Below, in pieces: positions 9,143 to 19,709 of a stretch of 64,000 nt of DNA. Source of the DNA: an uncultured cyanobacterium (GTDB lineage: Bacteria; Cyanobacteriota; Cyanobacteriia; Cyanobacteriales; Nostocaceae). The notes beneath the pieces were generated by a model. It was not told where the DNA came from, made no database searches, and saw only the letters and a list, made by a program, of their open reading frames with translations. A program made the position numbers and the translations under genes. The stretch covers positions 1,728,001-1,792,000 of the forward strand of contig CAVUDP010000002.1 of the NCBI GenBank assembly GCA_963740315.1, written 5' to 3'. Every line of letters begins with the position of its first letter. The first letter of the stretch is position 1.

Positions 9143-12100
9143 CTACCCCTCCTCATCCAACCTATCCCGCGCCGTCCAAATCGCCTCCCGCACCTCACCC
9201 GCACAATCACCACCCGTCACCTCGCGCCAAATCGGATCAAATTGATTTTCTCCTAAAATCTGTAACATTCGTGCTAAAAGATAGATAAAACCTTCAATCA
9301 AGCCTTGATAATGCTCAATACAAATTCCAAAACCACAGATATAAATTGGTAAAGCTTCAGAAAAATTTGATTGCGCTTCTAAAACGCTTCCCCATGTTCC
9401 CAATATTTGTGAAGCCCAATACCAATCTTGGGATTGTTCATAAAGGTTAAAAGCTTTTTGATAATAGCTAATCGCCTCCTGAAATTGCCGTTGTTGTTCG
9501 GCTACCATACCCAGTTGGTGATAGACAATTGCAGCACGGTACAAATCCCCTGCATCTTCAAATATTTTCAAAGCTTTGAGGCAATATTGCCGCGCTTGCT
9601 CAAATTGCCGTTGTTGTTCGGCTACCTTACCCAGTTGGTAATAGTCATTTGCAGCGTTGTAGAAATTCCCTGCATCTTCTAATTATTTTCAAAGCTTTGA
9701 TGTAATATTGCGCGCTTGCTCAAATTGCCGTTGTTTATAAGCTACATTACCCAGTTGGTGATAATCACTTGCAGCGCTGTATAAATCCCCTGCATCTTCT
9801 AATACTTTTAAAGCCTTGAGGTAATATTGCCGTGCCTCCTCAAATTGCCGTTGTTCTTCGGCTACCCTACCCAGTTGGTGATAATCACTTGCAGCATTGT
9901 ACAAATCTCCTGCATCTTCTTTTATTTTCAAAGCCTTGAGGTAATATTGCCGTGCTTGCTCAAATTGCCGTTGTTCGTAGCTACCATACCCAGTTGGTGA
10001 TAAGCAACAGCAATTGTGTTATTCACTGAAGAGTCATTTAAAGCTATTAATTCATCGAGAATTTCTTGATAAATTACTCTTGCTGCTTCTAAATCAGCAC
10101 GCTTTAATGCTTCATTAGCTTGATTAATCCGCAAATACACCCAGAAATTCAAAGCATCTTTACCCTTGGCTTTGGCTTCTGTTAGCTCGATGCCAATTTG
10201 ATTTAACGCTCGCTGTTGCAAGGCTTTAAATTCGGGTTTGCGCCCCAATCTTTCATATATCTCACCCAAGGCTTGCAAAATCGATTGTGCTTGAGTCCAT
10301 TGCTGTTGTTGTTCGGCAATACGCAGGTTTTGCAGCAGGTTTGGTTCTTCTACCCGCAGGATAAAGTTTGCTAATTTGGCATTGCTGATGAGTTTCTGAT
10401 GGCAATTATCCGCCAGAGAAGCGTAGAAAATCAGCAACTTTTTTTCGAGTTCGGCGATCGCTTGTTGAGCATCCACCTCGGAATCAATTCCGAGGCTCAT
10501 ATACGAAGTCATCTGAAGATGACTAGATGATAAATCTCCAACATCTTCAGTCGTCTTAAGGCGACTTTGTTTATTAGCCTGGGAATTTATTCCAAGGCAG
10601 GTATTATCCCCCGAATCAATTCCAATGGGGGTTTGCTGGTTCAACCGTTTCCGTAAAAACCAAGGTAAAGCTGGGTGAATTTTGTAGATAGTACCACCCA
10701 AATGTTCGACAATACTTGCTGCTGCGGCTTCATTAAGAATTGCTAACCAATCATCTTTGTACAAATTCTCCCCAAACACCGCTTGAACCGCTTGATATGC
10801 TTGTCCATATTCATTATCAGGGCTTTGTGAAAAATGACCAAGCCAATATGCATCTACCTTCTCAGAAAACAACCCCAAAAACGGTAAATGCCTCCTCGCT
10901 TTCTCCGACAACTTACTAAAGGAATAATCCAAAGAAACCGTCAGCGACTTATCCCTTCCTTCTTCTTCCTCCCCCACAAAAGTATCCAATCCCTGACGCA
11001 AGGCTTCAATTAACTGCTTTGGTGTTTGCGTCTTCAAATGCGGTAACACGACTCGCAATGATAAAGGATGTCCCCCCAACAGTTTCAACAATTCCAAATA
11101 CTCTTGCGGTAACTTCCCTTTATCTATTCCCGCAGTTTGCAAAATCTTCGCGGCTAATTCTTCTACATCACCCGCAATCAAACCACCTAAATTCAACAAG
11201 GTATAACCACAATCAAGCCAAGCTTCCTCGCGACGACTGCTTATTAATACCCAAGTTTTCCCACTGCGTAATTGTTTGAGAAACTGTTTGAGTTCGTTTC
11301 TTTCTTCCTCAATCAATAACGGTTGATTCCCGGTAGGAAAACCATTTACAGGTTCAAAGTTATCCCAAATTAATAAACAAGGTTGTGTTTGCAGATATTT
11401 CAACACCGCAGCTTGCTGTTTATCTATGGGAAGCGAATTAAATTTATCTATTTTATCTTTCCAAACTTCCCTACCAACTGAGTTGATAACATTAACCAAC
11501 GTCGCGCCATGTTCAAACGAAACAAAGAACATTTTACTATCACGCCCTTGAGTTTCTTCTAACCACCGCGCAAATCCGCAAGATAATTCAGTTTTTCCTA
11601 CACCGCCCATTCCTTTCATCAATACGATATTATTTTGGCGAAATGCTCGCTCTAATCGCAAAATATCATAATCGCGTCCGATAAAACCGTAGGCTCCTTC
11701 ATCTGGAAACCCATGTAGAGACGCGATATATCGCGTCTCTACAAGAAAATCATCAAGATCGAGAATATCATCTTTACTATCTTCAGGAATAAACGGCGCG
11801 TAACTTTCCTGCTCGTACAAAACCGGAACAATCCAATCTCGCAATATTTTATCGCCTTTTGGACTTGGACGTTGCGGTTGATTCAATACAGCTTTTCTTC
11901 CTGCTGCAACGGCTTGAGATAGATTCGCACCTTTCACCAATTCCCCATACAACCTGCCGATAAAGTGTTTCGCCGCAACAGCATATACCGTATAAGCCAT
12001 CGCCACCACACCTTTCGCTCCCGAAGATACCAAGCGCGTCGCTACCGAAGAAAATTTATCTTCTCCTTCCTGTGCTGATTTGCAAGCATTCAATACAAAA

Positions 12101-12933
12101 ATCGGCACTCCACAATCTGCTAAATTCTGAGCAATTTGTGCTGCTGTGACAATCTGTGGCGTACCATCAAAGTTTTCAAATACCAATACACCTTGTCCCA
12201 AACCACCCAAAGTATGCTGAAATCCTTGGCTGTTGGGGTCAAAATCTCCATGTCCGTCAAAGTGGACGATGTGATAAAATCCTTTGTTAGCACTTAATTC
12301 CCGCTCAAATTCCTCAAAACTGGGGGGACGCAATACTTTTATATTGACTTTTTGACGAATATCTGCTATAGAATCCAGCAATGGACGCGCAATGGTTTTT
12401 AGAGCAATATCTGTTTCCCCATAAGGGCGAGCAATTACCAAAAGTATATTTAGCTTGTCTTGAGGTAGTGTCGGAATTTCTCCCCTTATCGCATAATCGC
12501 TCAAACTACGCGACATTCCCGCCAAAGAAGGTGCAAGAAATTGTCTGTCGCCAGGGGAATAAAGTAATTCCCAAGGTAAATTTAAAATTGCGAAATCATC
12601 CGAGGCGATCGCCAACTCGCAATTATGCAAACCATCATAAGTAGCAGCTTGAAAAAACTCCCGCGCTTTCTCGCTACTGCGAAAAACCAAGTTAAATAAC
12701 TCTTCTCCCCAAGTCTGCAATTTTTGTTCTATTTTTGCAGCTTCATCTGGGAAGATGCCATAAGGAAAGCGTAAATATTCTTCTAAATACCAACGTAAAT
12801 CTGTTAAAGCTTGTTTATTAAATGGATGTTCAAGTTTTACTGCATCGGCAAATCGAGGTGCTGCTTGCCCGCGCTGCCAGGAAAGTTGGATATTTTCGCC
12901 TTGATGCGTGATTCGCAAGCAGTTTTTCGCCAT
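9143..12933 (-). pseudogene. CHAT (caspase-like) - STAND/NB-ARC NTPase - TPR protein, split by three 1-nt indels in the TPR array (possibly sequencing error)
   Basis: CHAT dyad 'HFDGHG'/'LNACKS'; Walker A GMGGVGKT; Walker B LLIWDNFE; 'GGHPLSL'. ORFs 9928-12945, 9689-9931 and 9143-9571 are consecutive parts of one 120-nt TPR array. Confidence 0.85.
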
Positions 12934-13198
12934 ATCGGATATCACTGGTTTTTTATATTAGCTAATATTGTGGAATTCACGCAGGTGACGATTGATTCCG
13001 GAAATACCTATTCGCGACTTACGCTTCATTTTGCAATGATTCAAGAGACGCACATAAGTTAAAACTTATACCAGTTAATAATTCTTAACTTAATTTTAAA
13101 CAAATTCTTCTGGAATGCTTGAATCTGCAATTGTATATACACTCCAGATTAGTGTGATTCCTTAATTCCCCCCGCAAGTAATAGCTAGGTTCCCCGAA

Positions 13199-13822
13199 AT
13201 GATTAGTGAATTTTTCGCATCACAACTTCGTCAGCCTTCAGGATGGTTTGGTAAGCAAGTTATCTCTCGGATTTTGAATAGAAATAATGCTGCGATGAAC
13301 AAGCTTGCATTAAGAATGTTGAATTTAGAATCCTCAGATGAGCGCGTTTTAGAATTAGGCTTTGGTGGAGGTTATTTGCTAAAGAACATTCTCAAAAAAC
13401 CGGGGGTAAAATCTGTTGCTGGTATAGATGTTTCTCCGGAAATGGTTGAGTTTTGTAGAAAGCGTTTTGCATCAGATATAAAGAGAGGCAGATTAAAACT
13501 AGAATGTAGCAATACTGTAAACAAAGCTTCTTTTGACAGCAGTTTTACTAAAATTTGCACGGTTAATACGATTTATTTTTGGTCAGATGTTAAACAAACT
13601 TTAAATCAACTGTATCAAATTCTAGAAGAAAGAGGTTCATTCGTTATTTGTTTTAATTCCAAACAATTTCTCAAACAAACAATTCTTCCCAGACATGGTT
13701 TTCAGCTATATGACATCGAAGAAGTCAAAGATTTAATGAAAGCTGTGGGTTTTAAGAACATTCAGTGGATTATGAATTCTCAACCCAAAGAACAATTTGT
13801 CTGTATCGTTGGAGAAAAGTGA
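13199..13822 (+). CDS. Class I SAM-dependent methyltransferase
   Basis: 'VLELGFGGG' motif I, 'GIDVSPEMV', 'TVNTIYFW'. Confidence 0.88.
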   Translation: MISEFFASQLRQPSGWFGKQVISRILNRNNAAMNKLALRMLNLESSDERVLELGFGGGYLLKNILKKPGVKSVAGIDVSPEMVEFCRKRFASDIKRGRLKLECSNTVNKASFDSSFTKICTVNTIYFWSDVKQTLNQLYQILEERGSFVICFNSKQFLKQTILPRHGFQLYDIEEVKDLMKAVGFKNIQWIMNSQPKEQFVCIVGEK

Positions 13823-14103
13823 TAATTATTAATTGCAGGGTGTGTTTACCATGACTTTTACTCAAAATTCTGTACCAGAAAAAATTCCCAAATTAAAAAT
13901 ATTGTTTTTGGTTTCAACAATTGTTAATTAAAACAAAATATATAGAATACATATCATATTAAACCTGTGGGTCGATTGGTGCATATTTTCGGTTTATTGT
14001 CAAGGTGTCTGCGGATAAATTATACAGTCACTAAATATCAAAGTATTAGCAGAACGTTTCAATAGTAGTTTAAAATAGTATACATTTTGTTTGGGAATTA
14101 ATT

Positions 14104-15144
14104 ATGCTAGGCTCTGCATCGGAATCTAAGAAGAAAATTTACCGAATTATTTACGGTTACTGGCAAAGTCAGTGCGTTTATGTCGCTACAAGTTTAGGTA
14201 TACCGAACTTGTTACAAGATGGACCTCAAACTATTGAGACAATAGCAGAAAAAACTGGCACTAAAGTCGAAAAGCTTTATGTTGTTTTGCGTGCTTTGGC
14301 TCATTTAGGTGTAATTGCAGAAAAACAAGGACGGGTTTTTGCCTCTACAGAATTATCAGAACTTCTGATCAGTAATGGTTCCCCATCGATAAGTGATTTT
14401 TTAATGCATATTATAGAACCTAATATGTGGGATGGTTGGAGGGAATTAGAAAACGGTTTAAAGACTGGAGAAGTGCCTTTTGAGTTGGCTAAAGGTCAGG
14501 ATTTTTATAGTTCCTATATGACAGAGAATCCTAAAAGTAAAAACCTGTTCAACAATGCCATGAGTTATTTAACTAATGAAGCTGTTGATTCTTTATTTGA
14601 AGTTTATGATTTTGGTCGTTTTGAGACAGTGATGGATGTAGGAGGAAATCAAGGAACATTAATTGCAAACATTGTCAAGAGATTCGGCTGTAAGGGCATT
14701 TTGTTTGACTTGCCCGTTGAAGTAGAAACTGCTGCTGATAACTTTGCAAAATATGAAATTAATGGTGCAGTAAAAGTTGTTGGCGGGAGTGCTTTGGAAC
14801 CCTTGCCAAAAGGTGCCGATGCCATTGTAATGAAGTATTTTCTATCAGTATTTAGTAAAGAAAATTCGATGAAAGTACTCGCTAACTGTAAGGAAGCTCT
14901 CCCCAAAAATGGTAGAGTCATACTTCTACAAACCCTAGTTCCCGCTCTTGGCGCTCCTGTAGAATATCCCGATGGAACCATGCCAGCTTTGGCTGCCGTG
15001 CAGATGATGATTACAAATCCAGGGGGTTACTGGCGCACCGAACAAGAATATCGGGATTTATTTGAAGCTAGTGGTTTTAAACTAGAAAAAGTCATTCCTA
15101 CAGGAACAAGCTTAACGGCGATGGAATTTAGCCCGGTATCGTGA
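14104..15144 (+). CDS. O-methyltransferase (Methyltransf_2 with N-terminal dimerisation domain)
   Basis: 'VMDVGGNQG', 'GILFDLP', 'RTEQEYRDLFEASGF'. Confidence 0.9.
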   Translation: MLGSASESKKKIYRIIYGYWQSQCVYVATSLGIPNLLQDGPQTIETIAEKTGTKVEKLYVVLRALAHLGVIAEKQGRVFASTELSELLISNGSPSISDFLMHIIEPNMWDGWRELENGLKTGEVPFELAKGQDFYSSYMTENPKSKNLFNNAMSYLTNEAVDSLFEVYDFGRFETVMDVGGNQGTLIANIVKRFGCKGILFDLPVEVETAADNFAKYEINGAVKVVGGSALEPLPKGADAIVMKYFLSVFSKENSMKVLANCKEALPKNGRVILLQTLVPALGAPVEYPDGTMPALAAVQMMITNPGGYWRTEQEYRDLFEASGFKLEKVIPTGTSLTAMEFSPVS

Positions 15145-15306
15145 CGACTGTATCGTTGGAGAAAATTGAGCAGTTATCAATAATGGTAAAACTATTTTTG
15201 AAGCAAGAAATTTACCAAAAATAACGTGCAATAAATTGTCGCAGACTTAGAGGCGATCGCCATCTATAAGACAACAAAAGCTGTAAATGCGATTGTTGTT
15301 TTGTTT

Positions 15307-15662
15307 TAGCGATCGCACATAAACAGGACTTACGGTCTTCGGAGCGTGACGCGATAGCGTCATTATTGTCACAAATGGTGGATGGTGCGTGACGCTACAA
15401 ACCATATTACTACGTTCAAATTAACGATGGTGCGTCACACACCCTACAAGAAAAATGTGCCAGTTGCGTAAGTCTTAATAAAAAAGAAATGCTGCAACGC
15501 TTAACTCAACTTGCTGAAAATGCAGATATTCCGAATGGGGAACAGTTAGGAAAATATTTATTGTTGCTGGTAGACGGGGCTTTTTCGCAAAGGCGATTAT
15601 TTGGGTTAAGTGAGTTTGAAAGTAATCTGAAAAATGCAGCGGAAATGTTGATAAATGCTTAA
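15307..15662 (+). pseudogene. C-terminal remnant of a TetR-family regulator interrupted by a MITE
   Basis: Removing 15324-15477 and one ATAAA gives LAIAHKKEMLQRLTQLAENADIPNGEQLGKYLLLLVDGAFSQRRLFG...AAEMLINA*, which resembles a TetR C-terminal domain; no HTH seen upstream. Confidence 0.6.
15324..15477. mobile_element. MITE with CAGGACTTACG-type ends and 5-bp target duplication (ATAAA)
   Basis: CAGGACTTACG...TGCGTAAGTCTTA; inverted homologue at 58898-59066. Confidence 0.8.
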
Positions 15663-15844
15663 GAATGGTGCAAGATGTGAAAATGTTGGGTTACTAGCTA
15701 TTCACCATTACCAATTACCAAGATTGATTATTTATACTCATGCATCTATCGCGACATTCGCGTAAGATTTTACGCAATCAACAGTAACCGAATTGTAGTT
15801 ATTAAAAATGCATAATTAAATAATTCGTAATTTATTAATAACGA

Positions 15845-16900
15845 TTGTTGAAACTTCACTTAATTTCATTTATGAAAAAATTTAAGGAATTGATTCATAA
15901 GGAAACCCAGACAAAAAGCTCGCGGGGGTTTTGGGGCAAAATGGGTACACTTGCGATCGTATCGGCTATTGCTGGAGGATCGTTTGGAATTTTCTTGACT
16001 GGCAAGCCGTTTTTGCAAGCTAATTTGAGTCCCGAAGCAGGAAATTTTTTTAATGATGATGCTATTGATGGAGGACAATTTTTACAGTTAAATCGTCCCG
16101 TCAATATTCTGGTGATGGGGATGAGCGTACTTCCTCCAGATACGCAAAATGCACCGGAAGAAAGTAAAGATTTGGGATATTTACCGCAAGTAAATTCCTT
16201 TGATGGACTTTCAGACGTAATGTTATTGATTAGATTTAATCCGAAAACTAATAAATTAAATATGCTTTCTATTCCTAGAGACACCCGCACGGAAATAGAA
16301 GGATATGGTTTAAGGAAAATTAATGCTGCCAATAATTTAGGGGGTGCTTATTTGAGTGGTAAAAGCGTTCGTAATCTTTTAGGAGTAGATATAAACGGTT
16401 ATATTCGCATCAATGTTTTGGGAGTCGGTAAACTGATTGATGCTTTGGGAGGAGTAACGGTAAACGTTCCTAAAGACTTGAAATATCAAGATGATTCCCA
16501 ACATTTATATATTAATTTAAAAGCCGGAGAACAACATCTTAACGGCGACGAAGCATTACAATTACTGAGATTTCGTAACGATAGTCAAGCCGATATCGGA
16601 CGCATTCAACGCCAGCAGTTAGTCATGCAAGCTTTGATAGAACAAGCACTTAACCCTGTAACATTATTACGTTCTCCGATTATTCTCGCTACTATAAAAG
16701 AAAATATTGATACAAACTTAACCCTTGATAGTTTACTAACTTTAGTTAATTTTGGAATCCGAATCGATCGCTCAAACATCCAAATGCTAACTTTACCCGG
16801 TAGAGTCAGCAGCAGCCAAGAATTTGCAGCAAGTTACTGGCTACCAGATGAAGAAGAAATAAGAGTAATCATGGCTCGTTATTTTGATGTTAGTAGATAG
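15845..16900 (+). CDS. LCP (LytR-CpsA-Psr) family protein; start uncertain (ATG 15872 possible)
   Basis: One TM segment, 'SDVMLL', 'LSIPRDT', 'KINAAN', 'RFR..DIGRIQRQQ'. Confidence 0.92.
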   Translation: MLKLHLISFMKKFKELIHKETQTKSSRGFWGKMGTLAIVSAIAGGSFGIFLTGKPFLQANLSPEAGNFFNDDAIDGGQFLQLNRPVNILVMGMSVLPPDTQNAPEESKDLGYLPQVNSFDGLSDVMLLIRFNPKTNKLNMLSIPRDTRTEIEGYGLRKINAANNLGGAYLSGKSVRNLLGVDINGYIRINVLGVGKLIDALGGVTVNVPKDLKYQDDSQHLYINLKAGEQHLNGDEALQLLRFRNDSQADIGRIQRQQLVMQALIEQALNPVTLLRSPIILATIKENIDTNLTLDSLLTLVNFGIRIDRSNIQMLTLPGRVSSSQEFAASYWLPDEEEIRVIMARYFDVSR

Positions 16901-17460
16901 TTGTTAGTTGTTAGTTGTTGGTAATTGGTAATTAGGAATTGAGAGTATAAAGTAGTGCGAGCATCTTGCGTTCTTGTGTAGATAGTAGATAGTTGTTAGT
17001 TGTTAGTTGTTAGTTGTTAGTTGTTAGTTATTAGTTATTAGTTATTAGTTATTAGTTATTAGTTATTAGTTATTAGTTATTAGTTATTAGTTATTAGTTA
17101 TTAGTTATTAGTAATTGGTAATTAGTAATTGATAATTGAGAGTATAAAGTAGTGCAAGCATTTTGCGATCTTGTATCGAGCGAGCAAGATGCTCGCACTA
17201 CTAACTTTTTCTCCCCATCTCCCCATCACCCCATCTCCCCATCTCCCCATCTCCCCATCTCCCCATCTCCCCATCTCCCCATCACCCCATCTCCCCCTCA
17301 CCCCATCTCCCCAAAGGTTACTGAGCTTGTCGAAGTACTCCCCCGAACCCCAAAGGTTACTGAGCTTGTCGAAGTACTCCCCCGAACCCCAAAGGTTACT
17401 GAGCTTGTCGAAGTACTCCCCCGAACCCCATCTCCCCATCCCCCCATCCCCCCATCACCC
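16891..17460. repeat. Repeat-rich intergenic region: TTGTTAG/TTATTAG heptamers, CCCCATCT octamers, GTAG-type palindromes, three 39-bp tandem units at 17309-17429
   Basis: Directly visible periodicities. Confidence 0.9.
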
Positions 17461-17518
17461 GATGCCCAATTCTTTAAAAATAATTACCATTAATGAAAGA
17501 TAATTTATTAGAAGAGTC

Positions 17519-18892
17519 ATGAAATTACCAAATGGTCCGCAAACTCCTTCATTCATTCAAATGTTTCAGTTTATCGTCAATCCTTTAGCGATGCTGGAAA
17601 ACTGCGCTAAACGCTATGGAGATATTTACACTTTAAACTTAAAATCTCGTGTAGTTTTTATTAGCAATCCGCAAGCGCTACAGCAGATACTAACTAACGA
17701 TAAGACGGATTTTAGCGTTCCTTCTGAAGGGAATAAACCTTTTGAACCGTTGATGGGCAAGCATTCTGTAATTATGGCGAGCGGTAATGCACATCGCCGT
17801 CAGCGTCAATTATTGATGCCGAGCTTTCATGGCGATCGCATGCGTTGTTACGGCGATACAATAAATCAAGTTACGTCGGAGATTATGAATCGATGGGAAG
17901 TTGGTAAAACTTTCGACGTGCGAGAAGGGATGCAGGCTATTACCATGCGGGTAATTATGCAGGCAGTGTTTGGAATTTATCAAGGCGATCGCGCTACTGA
18001 GTTAGAAAAACTTCTTAGTTCAATTCTAGAGGCTGGAGGAAGTTCACCTATCAAAGCAGCTTTTATGATTTTCCCCGTGCTACAACGGGATTTAGGCGCA
18101 AAAAGTCATTGGGGAAATTTTCTCCGTCAAAGAGAACGAATTTATAAATTGCTGAATGACGAAATAGAAGAAAGACGTGCAAACCCAGATGATTCGCGTA
18201 CTGATGTTTTAAATATGCTAATGGCAGCGCGGGATGAGCAAGGGGAAGCGATGACTAATGCCGAATTACGCGATGAATTAATAACATTGTTATTTGCAGG
18301 ACACGAAACCACCGCAACTGCTTTAACTTGGGCTTTTTACTGGATTCATAAATTACCACAAGTGCGAGAAAAGTTATTAGAAGAAATTGATAGTTTGGAT
18401 GAAAATCCCGATTTTAATACTATCTATAAACTGCCATATTTAAACGCGGTTTACTGCGAAACCTTGCGAATTTATCCCGTAGCAATACTTCTATTTCAGC
18501 GAAAGGTAGAAAAACCCGTTTCGTTGTGCGGTTATGAATTTGAGCCGGGTACATTATTATATGGTTCTATTTATTCGGTTCATCAAAGAGAAGACTTATA
18601 TCCCGAACCCAAGAAATTTAAACCAGAACGTTTTTTAGAAAGACAGTTTTCACCCTATGAATTTATACCTTTTGGTGGCGGTGCAAGGCGCTGTATTGGT
18701 ATGGCGTTGGCTCAATTTGAAATGAAGTTGATTTTAACGAAGATTTTGAAAAACTTGGAGTTAGATTTAGTTGATAATGGTGAGGTAAAACCCAAACGTC
18801 GCGGTTTAGTAACTGGTCCAAATCGTTCGATTCAAATGGTAGTTAAAGATAAGCGATCGCTTAAGTCTCGTAGCTTGGAAACGGTTAGTTAG
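17519..18892 (+). CDS. Cytochrome P450 (CYP110-like)
   Basis: AGHETT, ETLR, PERF, and heme motif FGGGARRCIG. Confidence 0.96.
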   Translation: MKLPNGPQTPSFIQMFQFIVNPLAMLENCAKRYGDIYTLNLKSRVVFISNPQALQQILTNDKTDFSVPSEGNKPFEPLMGKHSVIMASGNAHRRQRQLLMPSFHGDRMRCYGDTINQVTSEIMNRWEVGKTFDVREGMQAITMRVIMQAVFGIYQGDRATELEKLLSSILEAGGSSPIKAAFMIFPVLQRDLGAKSHWGNFLRQRERIYKLLNDEIEERRANPDDSRTDVLNMLMAARDEQGEAMTNAELRDELITLLFAGHETTATALTWAFYWIHKLPQVREKLLEEIDSLDENPDFNTIYKLPYLNAVYCETLRIYPVAILLFQRKVEKPVSLCGYEFEPGTLLYGSIYSVHQREDLYPEPKKFKPERFLERQFSPYEFIPFGGGARRCIGMALAQFEMKLILTKILKNLELDLVDNGEVKPKRRGLVTGPNRSIQMVVKDKRSLKSRSLETVS

Positions 18893-19034
18893 GATTTTGG
18901 GTTTCGTGGAAAGCCCCCCAAATTAGCGGGGGGTGAACTACATCTGGAACAATAATTTTCCGTTGTCGCTGCGTAAATCCTGAATATTTCGGATTCCGCC
19001 AGTTAGTATAGCAAGTATGGAAGAACTATAAATT

Positions 19035-19652
19035 ATGTCATACAGCGACTTTAAAACAATAGATCAAGCTGTTGCTGCATTAGAGTTAACTGTAGAAGAT
19101 ATTCCTCATTTATTCGGTCAAATTAAACCTATCGAACCTTCTCAACGTCTGAAAGAAACTTTAGATGAAACTTTAGATTTAGCATCAAGTATTAGTACGG
19201 AAAAAGCTCGCTCGGAATTGATTATTACACCAATATTATTAGAGATAAGGCGCAGATTTCCGAATAAAATCGGTTATTTTTCTGGTAATACTTTTAATAT
19301 TGATGAATCCAAGAGTTTAACTGGTGCTTGTGATTTTCTCTTAAGCGCATCTAGCAATCAATCATTAGTAACTGCTCCGGTTTTAACATTAGTAGAAGCT
19401 AAAGATAATGATATCCGTATCGGGTTAGGGCAGTGTGTAGCTCAAATGGTTGCTGCTCAAATGTTTAATACTCGTAAAGGATTGGAACAGCAAACTATTT
19501 ACGGTGCGGTTTCGACAGGTACTAACTGGAAATTTATGATGCTAGAGAATAATTTAGTAAAAATTGATTTAACTGAATATTTTATTACCCAATTGAGTCA
19601 GATATTAGGCATTTTGAGCGAACCGTTTAGAATTTATTTTACATCAAACTAA
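19035..19652 (+). CDS. Conserved cyanobacterial protein with a possible PD-(D/E)xK fold
   Basis: 'GACDFLL...VEAKDND...GQCVAQMVAAQ...GAVSTGTNWKF' pattern. Confidence 0.7.
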   Translation: MSYSDFKTIDQAVAALELTVEDIPHLFGQIKPIEPSQRLKETLDETLDLASSISTEKARSELIITPILLEIRRRFPNKIGYFSGNTFNIDESKSLTGACDFLLSASSNQSLVTAPVLTLVEAKDNDIRIGLGQCVAQMVAAQMFNTRKGLEQQTIYGAVSTGTNWKFMMLENNLVKIDLTEYFITQLSQILGILSEPFRIYFTSN

Positions 19653-19709
19653 ACTTTAAAATATAAAATCCGATTGATTTATAAGAATATTTCGAGTTGA
19701 ATCAAATTA

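Noticed and set aside
8799..9245. 148-aa plus-strand ORF with repeated peptide
   Set aside because: Read-through of the 28-bp tandem array, overlapping the TPR gene antisense.
9143..10000. Diversity-generating retroelement explanation for variable TPR units
   Set aside because: No reverse transcriptase or separate template repeat seen in the window; differences are not evidently adenine-specific.
17122..17503. Pro/Ser/His- or Gly/Trp-rich ORFs (also 51685-51976 and 52671-53015)
   Set aside because: Products of C-rich 8/9-mer tandem tracts; the 51719 N-terminal extension of PhyH is the same artefact.
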